A DNA stretch of 63,999 bases, filler included, from an uncultured bacterium (GTDB taxonomy: Bacteria; DAOPZR01), in the NCBI GenBank assembly GCA_964637655.1. It is 17 parts of 17 records of this genome, joined end to end, with 100 filler letters (N's around TTAATTAATTAA, not from the genome) between each part and the next. Parts side by side here need not be neighbours in the genome. Positions count along the whole stretch, not along the records: positions 27,166 to 30,868 come from CAZWUZ010000335.1; positions 30,969 to 34,659 come from CAZWUZ010000336.1; positions 34,760 to 38,430 come from CAZWUZ010000337.1; positions 38,531 to 42,190 come from CAZWUZ010000338.1; 13 more parts are not named here. One strand, 5' to 3'. Of the stretch, positions 29,310-40,453 are shown one piece after another. Position 1 is the stretch's first letter; each line of letters begins with the position of its first letter. The notes beneath the pieces were generated by a model. That model was not told the origin of the DNA and made no database searches. It saw only the letters and a program-made list of their open reading frames with translations. Position numbers and translations under genes: made by a program.

Positions 29310-30587
29310 TCATTCCCCCGTCAATAACCAGCGCCAGGCCGGAATCACCCGTACCGCAATCCGCGCCCGGCCCGTGCCAATGACAAATTCCTCCGTCTCA
29401 TCCTCAGTTATAATCAGACCATGCTTCAAACCATGTTCGGCGCAGGCCTCAGCCAGGCCGCGCACTTCACGTTCGCGGGTATCCGGCCGGGAAAGCGACA
29501 GGCAAACCTGAACGGCTTCGATCGCGCGGCCATTCCGTACGACGATAAAATCGCATTCCGCCTTACCCTGATGGTAGTACACCTCCCGGCCCCGGCGGCG
29601 AAATTCGAGAAAAACCGTGTTTTCCAGCATTCGCCCGGTTTCCTCGGTCGCCCGGAACCCGGTCTGCCGGGCCAGTGCGCTGTCGATGGCGTAAACCTTC
29701 TTCCCGCCACGCAGTTGCTTGCCCGGCGACTTCTGGTAGCGTTTGACTATGAATAGCAGGTAGGCATTCTCAAGGTAGCCGATATAATCCGCGACCGTCG
29801 TGGCATTCCCGAACTGCAGAAGGTTCTTCAGCCGGTTGAACGACAGTTCCCTGCCCACATTGCCGGCCAGGTACCAGGCCAGTTCCTTGAGCGGCCTTTC
29901 CTGCGGCAGGCGGTAGCGAACCAGAATATCGCGATAGATGAGCCCCTCGTAGAGCAATCGGAGATAATCCGGTTCACCGGTCCGGAGATATTCCGGGAAG
30001 CCACCTTCGCGCTGGAACGCGGCAAACTGCCGTTTCAGTCCGCCCCGCGCCCGCGAACCCGCGCTATCGGTTGAAACTTTCCGCAGTTTCAGGAATTCCC
30101 GGAAGGAAAACGGGAACAATTCACAGCGAGTATGCCGGCCGGTCAGGTGCGTGCCCAGTTCACGGCTCAAGAGCGTGGCGTTCGAGCCGGTCAGCCAAAT
30201 TTTGTGCCCTTGATCCTGCAACCGCCGGACGAATCGCTCCCAGCCGGCAACATTCTGGATTTCGTCAAAGAAATAATGATGCTGCTCGCCGTAGCGTTCG
30301 ATAAACAGTTCCAGCAACGCCTGGAAATCGCCGGCGCTAAATCGAACCAACCGGTCGTCGTCGAACGACAGGCGACAGCCGACGGTCCCGAGGCGACGCT
30401 GGACCTGCCCGAGCAGAACCGACTTACCGCAACGCCGTACCCCGGTGATAATCACGACCTGCGGCGAGCGGGCCCGTTTTACCAGTCCGGGCAGCACCTC
30501 GCGAGCGACAAACTCCGCACCGGCTGCCGACTGCCGTTCCTGGTCGGCGACAATATCGAGCAGTTCACTACGCGCCATCGCGGCCAT
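29310..30587 (-). CDS. AAA_14 / DUF4143 family ATP-binding protein
   Basis: ITGVRRCGKS, FFDEIQ, LTGSNA, LFPFSFREF, GGFPE, KKVYAID, ENTVF, ECDFIV..AVQVC. Confidence 0.9.
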   Translation of the reverse strand: MAAMARSELLDIVADQERQSAAGAEFVAREVLPGLVKRARSPQVVIITGVRRCGKSVLLGQVQRRLGTVGCRLSFDDDRLVRFSAGDFQALLELFIERYGEQHHYFFDEIQNVAGWERFVRRLQDQGHKIWLTGSNATLLSRELGTHLTGRHTRCELFPFSFREFLKLRKVSTDSAGSRARGGLKRQFAAFQREGGFPEYLRTGEPDYLRLLYEGLIYRDILVRYRLPQERPLKELAWYLAGNVGRELSFNRLKNLLQFGNATTVADYIGYLENAYLLFIVKRYQKSPGKQLRGGKKVYAIDSALARQTGFRATEETGRMLENTVFLEFRRRGREVYYHQGKAECDFIVVRNGRAIEAVQVCLSLSRPDTREREVRGLAEACAEHGLKHGLIITEDETEEFVIGTGRARIAVRVIPAWRWLLTGE

Positions 30588-30701
30588 TATCATTACCTCT
30601 GTTATCGCTATTATAGCACATTTATTACTTTTGTCAATAGTAATAGTACCGCACGGGGTGTACGGCAACACCCCTCCCGAGCACCCGCAGCGGTAGGAGA
30701 C

Positions 30702-30868
30702 CGACGGCGATGCTCTCTGACAATCCGCCGTGCCCGAATTGTGTCATCGGGCATCCACATCATTTCCTGATTTTGATTCATGTGGCACAGCCGCCCCGGC
30801 TGTGCGCATACCTGCACAGGCGGGGGCGCCTGTGCTACATAATCAACTCCTTGCCTCTGCCTGTGTAG
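30702..30868. repeat. Second copy of the repeat mosaic, running into the contig end
   Basis: 30702-30795 matches 29105-29197; 30814-30868 matches 28935-28989. Confidence 0.85.
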
Positions 30869-30968
30869 NNNNNNNNNNNNNNNNNNNNNNNNNNNNNNNN
30901 NNNNNNNNNNNNTTAATTAATTAANNNNNNNNNNNNNNNNNNNNNNNNNNNNNNNNNNNNNNNNNNNN

Positions 30969-33900
30969 CGAAATGAACCAGTAGCCGATGTTCTGCGCCG
31001 ACCAGCCGCCGCCGTTCCAGGTCAGGGTGTCCATGAACGCATCGCCACTGTCCCACGTTCCGGTGGTGGTGCCCGAATCGCGCCACAATTTCAGCGTGAA
31101 GGTCGTTTCCGTCGCCGTACCGGCGTTCTGCACGCCAAAATACGCGAGCGAGTCACCGCTCCCCTTGCCGAAGACCGTCAGTGCCAGCACCGGGATGGTC
31201 GTATCCCCCGCTGCCGCGATGACCGCCGGGGTATGCCCGTTCTGGATGACCAGCAATTCCGCCGCCACCACGGTCTTCGCGTAGGCGTTGGCCACCTGCA
31301 CCGCCGGGCCGCTGTCAGCCATCAGCGTGGTACGCGCCCCCAGCGCCGGCACCGCGCCCTGGAAGGTGTCGCCGATGGTCGCCGTATCTGCCACGTCAAC
31401 GGTCACCAGCACATTTGCCGACGCCGTCCACCATGACAGCAGCGAGGCTTCCGTGTCCCACACCGTGCCGTTCCAACGCAGCACCGCAAGACAGGAATCC
31501 GCTGCGTCCCAGACGTTGGCGGTGCCATAGTCGAGCCACAGTTTCACCGCGTTGATACCGCTATTGGCCAGCGTCCCGAGGTTGGCCAGCGAGAAGTAGG
31601 CAAGCGAGTCGCCCGTTGTCTGCCCGCGCACGGTCAGCGACATGACCGGGACGTTGAGGTCCCCCTGCCGCATCGTGCCGGCGGCGATATCCGCGCGCGT
31701 ATCGACATCGGTAGACGTGAGTTGCACGTTGACCGAATCAAAGGAACTGGTGAACCCGGCATTGCCCGCCGGGTCGAGCCCGTACACCGCGTAGAGGTTC
31801 GACCCGCTCGACTGCCCGGTGAGCAGCGCCTGCGTCTCGGTCACCGTCGCCACCGTCAGCGGGGCATCACTCGCCCAGACGAAGATGTCGTCCGCCCCGA
31901 GCGCTTCGAACTGGAAATCATCGTTGTTATTGCTCTGCGCCAGGCGCAGGTGGAGATTGCCGCCGGCAAAGGCACTGGCATCGATGATGCGCGAGTACTC
32001 GCGGTTCATCCCGGTCAGTGAGGCGAGTGACGTCCATGGCCCGGCAGCGTTATCGGCCGCGAGGATGGCGCCGCTGTCGCCGCCGCTGAACATATGGTAG
32101 AGATTGAGCCGCACGTAGATGTTGCGCCCTGCCGGGCAGGCGATGGCCGGCGACTGCGCGTAGCCGGACTGGTTGTTGACGTTGCCACTGACCAGGCCGG
32201 CGCTCCCCGTGGCGTGCACCGTACCGTCGAGCGCAAAGTTGCTCAGCGTCCAGCCCGCCGCCCCCGCCTCAAACCCTTCCGTAAAGAGGACGCTGGCCGC
32301 CGGGTAGGAGCGTACCGTCCAGGTGTCGATGCCCTGCGCATCATAGGCACCGCCCCAGGTGAGCGTAAAGGCACCGTCGCTGTCTGTGCCGTTGCCAGGG
32401 TCGGCCAGCACCGGATCGGTCGGGCCGAACCCGGTAATCCCCGTATTGAGGCGCTGTACCAGTGCATCCCACGCCGTCTGCTGCGACGACTGCACCACGA
32501 ACTGGTAATAGGGATTCAGGTAGTTGGTGTTCGCGTTGGCAAGGTTGGGCAGGTAGATCGACATGCCCCCGACGTCAGTCAGCGTAACGTAGCCGCTGCC
32601 GTCCTCGTTGAAATGGCTGGAGATGACCGCGTTCTGCACCGCGGTTTTGACCGCGGCGGCGGCCGCCTTGACCCCGGCGCTCGCTGCTCCCGCGGCGATA
32701 TTGTCACAGAAATCGATGAGGTCAGCATAGCCGTAGAAGCCGTCGTACTCGGGTTCGTCGCCGGCATCGAACTGCTGCGTCGCGGCGCGTGCAGTGCGCA
32801 ACGCGGTCAGGTCAGCAGCCGTTGTCGCCGACAGGGCCAAGGCATCGACCGCCGTTGCCAGCGCCGCGAACTTGCTCACGTCCCACGCCGCTTTGGTAAC
32901 CGTTGCCGTGGCGTAGATGCCGCCCGCGGAGTACTCGCGCACGAACACGTAGGCCGTGGTCGCCGCGAACGATGCGGCGTCGGTGTCAGGGTCGGCACTG
33001 AGCGGGGCCAGCGTCTCGGTGTAGGGGTTGCCATCACCCGGTTCCGTCAGTTCCGAGGCAACGATGTAGCGCGCGTTGTTTCGCAATTCGTAGCCGACCT
33101 CGAACATCCCGGCCAGGCAGACATCGAAGTCAACGATATCAAACACGGTGCCCGCTTCGGTCAGCGCCTCCCGCACCTCGCTCATGTAGAGGCAGTCGCC
33201 GCCATTGCCGTCATCCCAGCAGACCGCACGTACCACCCGCTTTTCCACGGTCGGGGCGCGCCAGCCGCCGCCATGGTCCCACAGCACGAGCACGTGGCTG
33301 TCCGCCGCGTAGGTCGAGTTCGCCCACTGGATGAATGCCGCCAGGGTGGCGGAATCGCCCATGTTCGCCTCGCCCATCGTCATCAGCGCGGTCGCGGAAT
33401 CGGGGATATCCCCGCTCTCCACGTAGTAGCGTTTGCAGTCGGTCCAGTCGCCATGCAGCGTGCTGTAGCCGGCGGCGCGGTCCATCTGCACGATAATGTT
33501 GAGCGAATCGCCCGACCCGACCGCCGCCATCTCGATGAAGTCACTGATCGCATCCGGCTCCAGGTTGTTGTCGGCGTCAAGGTAGACGAGGTAATTCCAG
33601 TACTTGCGAATATGCACCGCGCCGGTGTCCACCCCCGTCAGTACGTTCACCCCGGCGTAGGAACCGACCTGCGAGACGTAGGTGCTGTCGGGCACGAAGA
33701 GCCAGTTGACCAGCGCCGTGTCGCCGTAGGTGGTGCCATAACTCTTGACGCGGAAATAGAGCCAGGCCACACGGGTGTCACCCGTCACCGTGTCGCCCGT
33801 CACGGCATAGGCGATGGTATCGTTGCTGCTGCTGTTGCGAAACGGTGTGTCAGTAAATGCGGCGGTTGAACCGCTCATGGTGATGAATTCGAGGCGTGTG

Positions 33901-34154
33901 CTGTCGAACTGCCAGTACGCCTCGACGCCATTGACGATGGTGTCGGTGTTGACCCACAGTTCGAGGGCAAAGACCTCGCCGGGATGCCGCACGATGTCGC
34001 GCGAGATGTTCGCCCCGTTGTAGGCGGGATTGGACGGATCGATCAGGCGGAGCGTGGTGACCGCGGCAGCCGGGAAGGCGACACCGGTGACGATGCCTGC
34101 CGCAACGGCAAACAGCAGTATCCGCCTCAGGACCGTGTGTCGGTTCCGCTGCAA
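30969..34154 (-). CDS. Large secreted protein with a clostripain (peptidase C11) domain, an N-terminal cohesin-like domain and beta-rich repeats (3' truncated)
   Basis: Signal peptide; WNYLVYLDADNNLE, EANMGD, VLWDHGGGW (His), FDVCL (Cys), ASE..EPGDG. Confidence 0.85.
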
Positions 34155-34405
34155 CTGCTTCCCCCGGTATTTCGTTCAGAACGCAATATATGTATCCTAT
34201 TTATATGCACCTGTCAAGCCCCTGTCAACATTTCCGGCAGGGCTGCACAGATATTTTACCTGCCGCCCCGGCCTGCACGCCGTCAGGTCAGCGCACCACA
34301 CCGCACAGCAGCGTCGGAACAGGCCGGTTCACGCGCAAACGATAAACGGATACAAGTCAGGAAATATGCAAGCGGCGTGCCACCGCCGCGTAGAGGATGG
34401 CCGGA

Positions 34406-34659
34406 CTACTGCTGTTCGAGCGAGCGGCTCTCCGCGCGCACCTTGTACTTGTAGGTGGTGGGCGGCGGATTCAGGAAAGAACCGCGGAAAGCCCGTGTCT
34501 CCCCCGGCTGCAGGTGCGGGGTGGTGCCGGGTACATAGAGCAGCGACGAGGTGAGCACGGAATCGCTTTCATCATGCAGGGTGATATGCAGCTGCACATA
34601 GCGCAGTTCGGCGGACGTGTTGTTGCGCACCTCGCCCTGCACCGTCAGCACGCCGCGGT
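34406..34659 (-). CDS. FxLYD-domain protein (5' partial)
   Basis: VQGEVRNNT..YVQLHITLHDESD..LQPGETRAF. Confidence 0.7.
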
Positions 34660-34759
34660 NNNNNNNNNNNNNNNNNNNNNNNNNNNNNNNNNNNNNNNNN
34701 NNNTTAATTAATTAANNNNNNNNNNNNNNNNNNNNNNNNNNNNNNNNNNNNNNNNNNNN

Positions 34760-36605
34760 AGGCCGCTTCGAAGCCGCGCTGGAACTTGATCAGGTTGGTC
34801 ATTTCCTCGTCGAGCGACACCCCGGAGACCGCGCTCTGCAGTTCCTTGAGGTTTTCCACCAGTTTCGCCTGGTTGGCCGCCGCCGCCTTCGCCGTCTGCG
34901 CGTCGGTGCCGAGCTTGGCCAGCAGCGCGTTGTAGAAGTCGTTGAACGAGGACGTCCCCTCCGACAGCACCTTGGCCGTTTTCAGCTGCGCCAGGTCGAG
35001 CGCGAGATCGCTGTTGCCCGGCCCCTTGCTCACGTCGGGAATGCCGTCGAGGTCGGTGTCGTCGCCCGCCGCCGCCGCGATGGCGTCAAGGTCGAGCCGC
35101 ACGTCGTCGCTGACCCGGAACCGCATCGCCGCATCCGCCGCGGGGGGACGCAGCATGGTCACGCCCGCCGCCAGCACCGCCTCGCCGGCCGTCGTGCCGT
35201 TGTACGCCTGCCCCGCCTGCAGCAGGCCGAGGCGGTCGAGCAGGTTGCCGGTATCGTCAAGCGAACTGATGGTGTAGTCAGCGCCCGCCGTCGCCGTCAG
35301 CGTCAGGCGCCCCGTCGGGTCGATTCCCGCCACCACCCCCGCACCCGCGAGGTTGATGCGCTCGACCACGTCGTTCAGTGAGTCAGTCGCCCCGTCGTAG
35401 TCGATGCCGAAGCCGTTGATGACCAGCCGGCCGGTGCTGATGGGATTCCCCTCATAGTTCTCGACCGCCGCCGTCGCCGGGTCGCCGTCGAGCGCCACGT
35501 CCGCCTGCATCAGGTAGGTGTTGGTCGGGGGCATCGTCTGCGGGTTGCCCGTCAGTTTGTACAACCCGGTGGTGTCCGTCTGCAGCGGGGCGAAGAAGTC
35601 GCGCCCCGTCCGCCCGTCCAGCCCGAAGCCGTTACGGTGCATTTCGTTGAACGTCTCCGCGAATACCGTCGCGAACTCGTTGAGCTTATCGAAATGGTCG
35701 GGGAGCACCTCGTCGCGCACGTTGAGCAGCGCCGCCATTCCCCCGTTGTTGATCTGCAGCTTTTCCTTGCCTTCCCAGTAGATATACTGCTTGTCGTCCA
35801 GCGGGTCGCGCTGCAGTTTCAGTTCGTGCGCAATCGCCCCCTGTGCCAGCACCAGACCGCCGATGCTCACCCGGTACTCGTCAGGATCGTTGTTGGTGAC
35901 CACCACATCGACCTGCTCATTGATCGACTTGACCAGCGTGTCGCGCCGGTCGTACAGGTCGTTCGGATTGTCCCCCGCCGCCTCCGCGTTCTTGATGGCG
36001 ACGTTGAGCGCGGCAATATCCTTCGCCCAGCCGTTGATGTTGATGACCTGTGTCGCCAGTTCGGCATCGATGGCGTTCTGCCCGCCCCCCGTGCCACCCG
36101 CCCCGCCCAGCGCCTGCAGCTGCGTATACATGTGCTGCAGCGTGCCGCTCAGCGCCTCGCCGCGCTCGCGCACCATGGCGCGCACCGCCTGGCTCTCGGG
36201 GTTGTTGCTCAGGTCCTCCAGCGACGTCCAGAACCGGTCGAGCGCCGAGCGCAGCGAGTTGTCCGACGGCTCGTTGTAGATCAGTTCGATCTGGTGGGTC
36301 AGCGACTCCTCTTTCTCCCAGCGCCCGAGCGTGGCCGACTCGTTGCTCACCCGCGCATCGATAAAGGCGTCGCGCACGCGGGTGATCGAGGTCACCTGCA
36401 CCCCCGTCCCCATCATCCCCGCCGTTACCTCGCGGTGGACGGATGGCGGGACCATCGGGTCCATGGCGCCCATGATCACCTGCTGGCGCGTGTAGTTCTC
36501 GTTGTTGGCGTTGGCGATGTTGTGGCCGGTCGTGTTCAGCGCCTGCTGATGCGCGTAGAGCGACGACTTGCCGATCTCGATGCCGCCGAACGTGGACGCG
36601 GGCAT
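34760..36605 (-). CDS. flgK: Flagellar hook-associated protein FlgK (3' truncated)
   Basis: STFGGIEIGKSSL.AHQQALNTTGHNIANAN..YTRQ; SGVSLDEEMTNLIKFQ. Confidence 0.95.
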
Positions 36606-36606
36606 G

Positions 36607-37095
36607 TCAGGCCGTCCCGTCCACGACCAGCGGGCGCACCGCCCGCTCGCCGCTGGCGGTGTAGACCTCGCGGCGCTGGCGCACCTGGCGGAAGGCGTTG
36701 AACGCCCCCTGCAGGCAGTCGATGTTCTCGCGCAGCCGCGCCGCGTTCTCCGCGTTCGCCTGCTGCAGCCGGCCGACGATGTCGCGCAGTTCCGCCGCCG
36801 TGCGCCGCAGCGGTTCCGCACATTCGCCCAGGTGGGCCACCAGCAGAGAGACATGTCCGCTGCTGTTGGCAAAGCCGCAGGCACCGCACAATTTCCGCAC
36901 CAGTTCCTGCCGCTGCGGCTCGAGGTCGCTTTCCACCCGCGCCGCCAGCTTGGCCTCGAACTGCTGCAGGTCGCGCACGTCGTTCATCCGCTTGTGCACG
37001 ATGGCCTCACCCTTGCGCCGCGCCAGTTCGAGCAGCTGCTCGTACACCGCCCGCTCGTCCGCGAGGATCTGTGCGAGTTCCGTGATGTAGGTCAT
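36607..37095 (-). CDS. flgN: Flagellar chaperone FlgN
   Basis: Helical 162 aa upstream of flgK; LQQANAEN..L; C-terminal YTASG. Confidence 0.75.
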   Translation of the reverse strand: MTYITELAQILADERAVYEQLLELARRKGEAIVHKRMNDVRDLQQFEAKLAARVESDLEPQRQELVRKLCGACGFANSSGHVSLLVAHLGECAEPLRRTAAELRDIVGRLQQANAENAARLRENIDCLQGAFNAFRQVRQRREVYTASGERAVRPLVVDGTA

Positions 37096-37125
37096 CTGCC
37101 GCTCTCCGTACGTGCCATACGGGGA

Positions 37126-37153
37126 GTATCGGCATAATCAGGGATACACTTGA
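37126..37153 (-). promoter_or_regulatory. Sigma28 (FliA)-type promoter of flgN-flgK
   Basis: Minus strand TCAAG-N15-GCCGATAC. Confidence 0.65.
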
Positions 37154-37262
37154 ATAGGCCTATTCTATATGGGCGGCCGGCTGCATCCGCACGCCGGTGT
37201 GATGGAGCGGCTTACACCATATGTGTTACGGTGAATTGCCGATACAATTACAATGTTCAGTA

Positions 37263-38312
37263 TTACTGTCTATTTATTGTCTTGTCAACCGCGGAAAGAA
37301 TCTGTGCTGCGGTAATCATCTCTAAGCACTCGCTTTTCTTACTCCCTTCGCAGCCGTCTTTCCCGCACGGCCTGCATCCCTTATCCGCTGATAATACAGT
37401 GTTTATGTTTTTCCATGGGCCCCAGTTATGCTCTCCGCTTGGCCCAAACAGTGCTACTGTCTTTTTGTTAGTCGCTGAAGCGATATGCATGGGGGCGCTG
37501 TCAACCCCAAGGAATATATCCGCATTCTGAATCAGCGCGGCCAGCTGCATCAGCGTCAGCGTGCCGCTGGCCACCACCACCCGCTCCTTTTCTGCCGCCG
37601 GCAGCAGAGCGAGAATCTCTGCCGCCCGCTCTTTTTCCGCAGCCGCCGGGCCCGCGGTCAGAATAACGCTCAGCTTGCGCTGCAACAGGCCGGAGATGGT
37701 CTGTGCACAGGAAGCCGCCGGCCATGACTTGAACATCCAGCGCGAGACGGGATGCACCACCGCCCGCGGGCGCGGGGCACGCGTCAGCAGCGGCTGCACC
37801 GCCGCTGCCGCGGCCGGGTCAATCGCGATTTCCAGCGCGCCTGCCGCTGCCGTGATGCCCAGCGGCGCAAGAATGTCGACAAAACTTTGCGCGTAATGCC
37901 CCGCACCCCACGCGGTCACCGCATGGAAGAGCAGGCGCCGCCCGGGAAAGCCCTTCGGGTCATCCGCCCCGACCCGCACCTTCGCCCCTGACAAAAAGGC
38001 ATACCACGCGCTGCGCTCCCCTCCCGTCAGGTCGACCGCGATATCGTAGCGCCGCGCCCGCAGCGTGCGCACAAACGCCCATTCCGCCAACGACCTGCCG
38101 CGCAGCGCGGCGCGGTCAACCTCGTGCAGCACACTAACGGTCGGCAAACCGCGCACCAGTTCGCCCATGCCTGTGCTGACCAGCAGTTCGATTTCCGCCT
38201 GCGGCCACCGCTCTTTGAGCGCGCGCAGTGCCGGCGTCGCGACAATAACATCGCCGATATGCTTGAGCGCGATAACCAGTATTCTCGACGGTGACAACCC
38301 ATTCGTGAGCAT
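37263..38312 (-). CDS. LPS heptosyltransferase (GT9, RfaQ/WaaQ-like)
   Basis: ILVIALKHIGDV..TP, HPVSRWMFKSWP, GVDSAPMHIA, ALFGPS. Confidence 0.88.
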   Translation of the reverse strand: MLTNGLSPSRILVIALKHIGDVIVATPALRALKERWPQAEIELLVSTGMGELVRGLPTVSVLHEVDRAALRGRSLAEWAFVRTLRARRYDIAVDLTGGERSAWYAFLSGAKVRVGADDPKGFPGRRLLFHAVTAWGAGHYAQSFVDILAPLGITAAAGALEIAIDPAAAAAVQPLLTRAPRPRAVVHPVSRWMFKSWPAASCAQTISGLLQRKLSVILTAGPAAAEKERAAEILALLPAAEKERVVVASGTLTLMQLAALIQNADIFLGVDSAPMHIASATNKKTVALFGPSGEHNWGPWKNINTVLSADKGCRPCGKDGCEGSKKSECLEMITAAQILSAVDKTINRQ

Positions 38313-38530
38313 GTTCACCCGTTACCGTTTATGCAGATTTGCCTTCCGCTTGCACATGTACATAGTACCGCTTGCCAGACCGATACCGTCCTCACCGGGC
38401 GCGCAGGGAGGAAAGCCCCCCTCTCCCGCCNNNNNNNNNNNNNNNNNNNNNNNNNNNNNNNNNNNNNNNNNNNNTTAATTAATTAANNNNNNNNNNNNNN
38501 NNNNNNNNNNNNNNNNNNNNNNNNNNNNNN

Positions 38531-38931
38531 CGGCTGAGCGTGGCGCGCGTGAGGCCGGTGGCAGCAATACCGCGCGGGAAACCGGCAGTGATGACGCCGC
38601 CGGCACCGTCGCGCAGCGCGCAGAGGATACGCTGCAGCAGCTCGTCAGGCAGGAGCAGGTTGTCCGTGGTCAGACAGACGGCGGCCGTGAGCCGGGCGCA
38701 GCGCAGTGCGGCGGCATGGGCGGTGTGTGGCGCGTCCATGCTGCGCACCACCTGCCAGCCGCAGCCAGGCGGAAGGCGCAGTGCCGGCGGGACGAGCAAC
38801 AGACAGGTGGTAAGGCCGAAACGCGGCTGACGCCAGTGTGTTGCGAGTGCGCGCAGCAGCTGTGCATCATGCAGCAGGGGCTCGCGGGTTGTGCAGGAAA
38901 TGATGAGGCCGTAACGCGACGGTCGGCTCAT
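38531..38931 (-). CDS. Hypothetical protein (3' truncated)
   Basis: ORF starting 7 nt after a TG-TACGCT -10 element; weak resemblance to the nucleotidyltransferase fold. Confidence 0.35.
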
Positions 38932-38971
38932 TAGGTGCAGCGTAGCATACCCGGAATGTGGCGGCAAGCCG

Positions 38972-40453
38972 TCAGCGCGAAAGGAGGGTGTGGTAGAGGC
39001 CGGCGACAGCAGCGGCGTGGCGGTCCCATGACCAGGTGCGGGCACGGCGGCGGCCGCGACGGATGAGCGTGGCCCGCAGCCGCGCGTCGCCGGCGAGTGC
39101 CAGCACGGCCTGCGCCAGCGCGCGCGGGCGGGTGACATCGACCGTGAGTGCGGCATCGGCCGCGGTTTCCGCCAGCGCCGCGGAAGTACCGGTAATGACG
39201 GGCACACCCAGAGCAAAAGCGTTGGCGACGGGGAGTCCGAAGCCTTCGTACAGGGACGGGTAGATGAGCAGATGTGCGCCGGCGAGCAGTGCCGGCAGGT
39301 CGGCTTCGGGAACATACCCGGGCCAGAATATGTGGCTGCCGGCCTGCTGCAGCAGGCGCAGAGTGTCGTCGCAGAGCCAGCCACGGCGTCCGACCACGAC
39401 CAGCGGCAGGCGCAGCCGGCCGCTGCGCCAGAGCGGCAGCAGGGCGCGCAGCAGCGCAGCAAGATTCTTGCGCGGCTCGATGGTACCGAGAAAGAGCAGG
39501 TAGCGTACGGGGAGCGCATGACGCCGGCGGATGGCAGCCGCATGGCGTGCGGGCGTGACGGTCGGGGCGAGCGGCGCGGCGACTATCGGCGCGGCAAGAC
39601 GGGGAAAGGTGGCGCGCAGTTCTCCGGCCACCGTTTCGCTGATGGCCACGAGCCCGTCAGCAGCGCGCAGCCCGGGGGTGAAAAAACGTCGGTGCGCAGC
39701 GATGGCAACCGGGTGAAACCACTGCGGAAAGCGGTGCATGGCGAGGTCGTAGACCGTCTGCACGTTGCGCTGACTCCCCGCCACCTGCCCGAAGGGACCG
39801 AGCGCGTGGAACAGGTCGAGGCGCGCTGCGGTCACGCGCCGCTGAAAGCGCGCTTCCTCGTCGGGGACGAGACGCTGTTCCGGGCAGGGGAGCCAGTGCG
39901 CATGGCGCGCGCGCGGCAGCGACTGCTGCTGCGGCAGATGCCAGAGGAAAAAGTCGCACTCCGGCAGCAGGCGCAGCAGGCGGGGTACGACCTGCGCGGT
40001 GTAATCGCCGAGGCCGGCGCGGCGCGGGGCAAACGCGCGGCAATCGAGGCCGATACGCGGCGCGGTTGCGCGGTACTGCAGGCGCGGTTGCGGCGGGCGC
40101 GGCACGGGCCAGGTGCAGCGGCGTCCGTCGGCAAAGACGATGTCCACCTGACGGCAGCAGCGGCGGCAGAAACGCACCACGGGCGCATACCCGCTGCCGT
40201 CGCTGTTGTTGGCGAGGATGACGGCGCGGGCGAAACGGCCGCGGCGGAGCGTGGCGGCGAGCGCGGTGCGGCTGGCGGCCGTTGCAAGTGTAGTGCCGTC
40301 CCACGTATGCACGGCGGCGAAGTGCGCGGCCGCGGCGGAGACGCGCCCGGCGCGAACCAGCAGGTGACGCGCGGCGCGTGGCGCGGGAAATTCGTGCAGG
40401 AAGGCGCGCAGCAGGTCGTCGGGTGACGCGGCAACGACAAGTTCGGGAGGCAT
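38972..40453 (-). CDS. Glycosyltransferase family 4 with N-terminal extension
   Basis: FLGTIEPRKNL; YPSLYEGFGLPV. Confidence 0.88.
   Translation of the reverse strand: MPPELVVAASPDDLLRAFLHEFPAPRAARHLLVRAGRVSAAAAHFAAVHTWDGTTLATAASRTALAATLRRGRFARAVILANNSDGSGYAPVVRFCRRCCRQVDIVFADGRRCTWPVPRPPQPRLQYRATAPRIGLDCRAFAPRRAGLGDYTAQVVPRLLRLLPECDFFLWHLPQQQSLPRARHAHWLPCPEQRLVPDEEARFQRRVTAARLDLFHALGPFGQVAGSQRNVQTVYDLAMHRFPQWFHPVAIAAHRRFFTPGLRAADGLVAISETVAGELRATFPRLAAPIVAAPLAPTVTPARHAAAIRRRHALPVRYLLFLGTIEPRKNLAALLRALLPLWRSGRLRLPLVVVGRRGWLCDDTLRLLQQAGSHIFWPGYVPEADLPALLAGAHLLIYPSLYEGFGLPVANAFALGVPVITGTSAALAETAADAALTVDVTRPRALAQAVLALAGDARLRATLIRRGRRRARTWSWDRHAAAVAGLYHTLLSR

Noticed and set aside
37200-37520. 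AT-richer 3' end of the heptosyltransferase gene
   Set aside because: The protein remains a normal RfaQ-like C-terminus, with no repeats or insertion marks to support a transfer event
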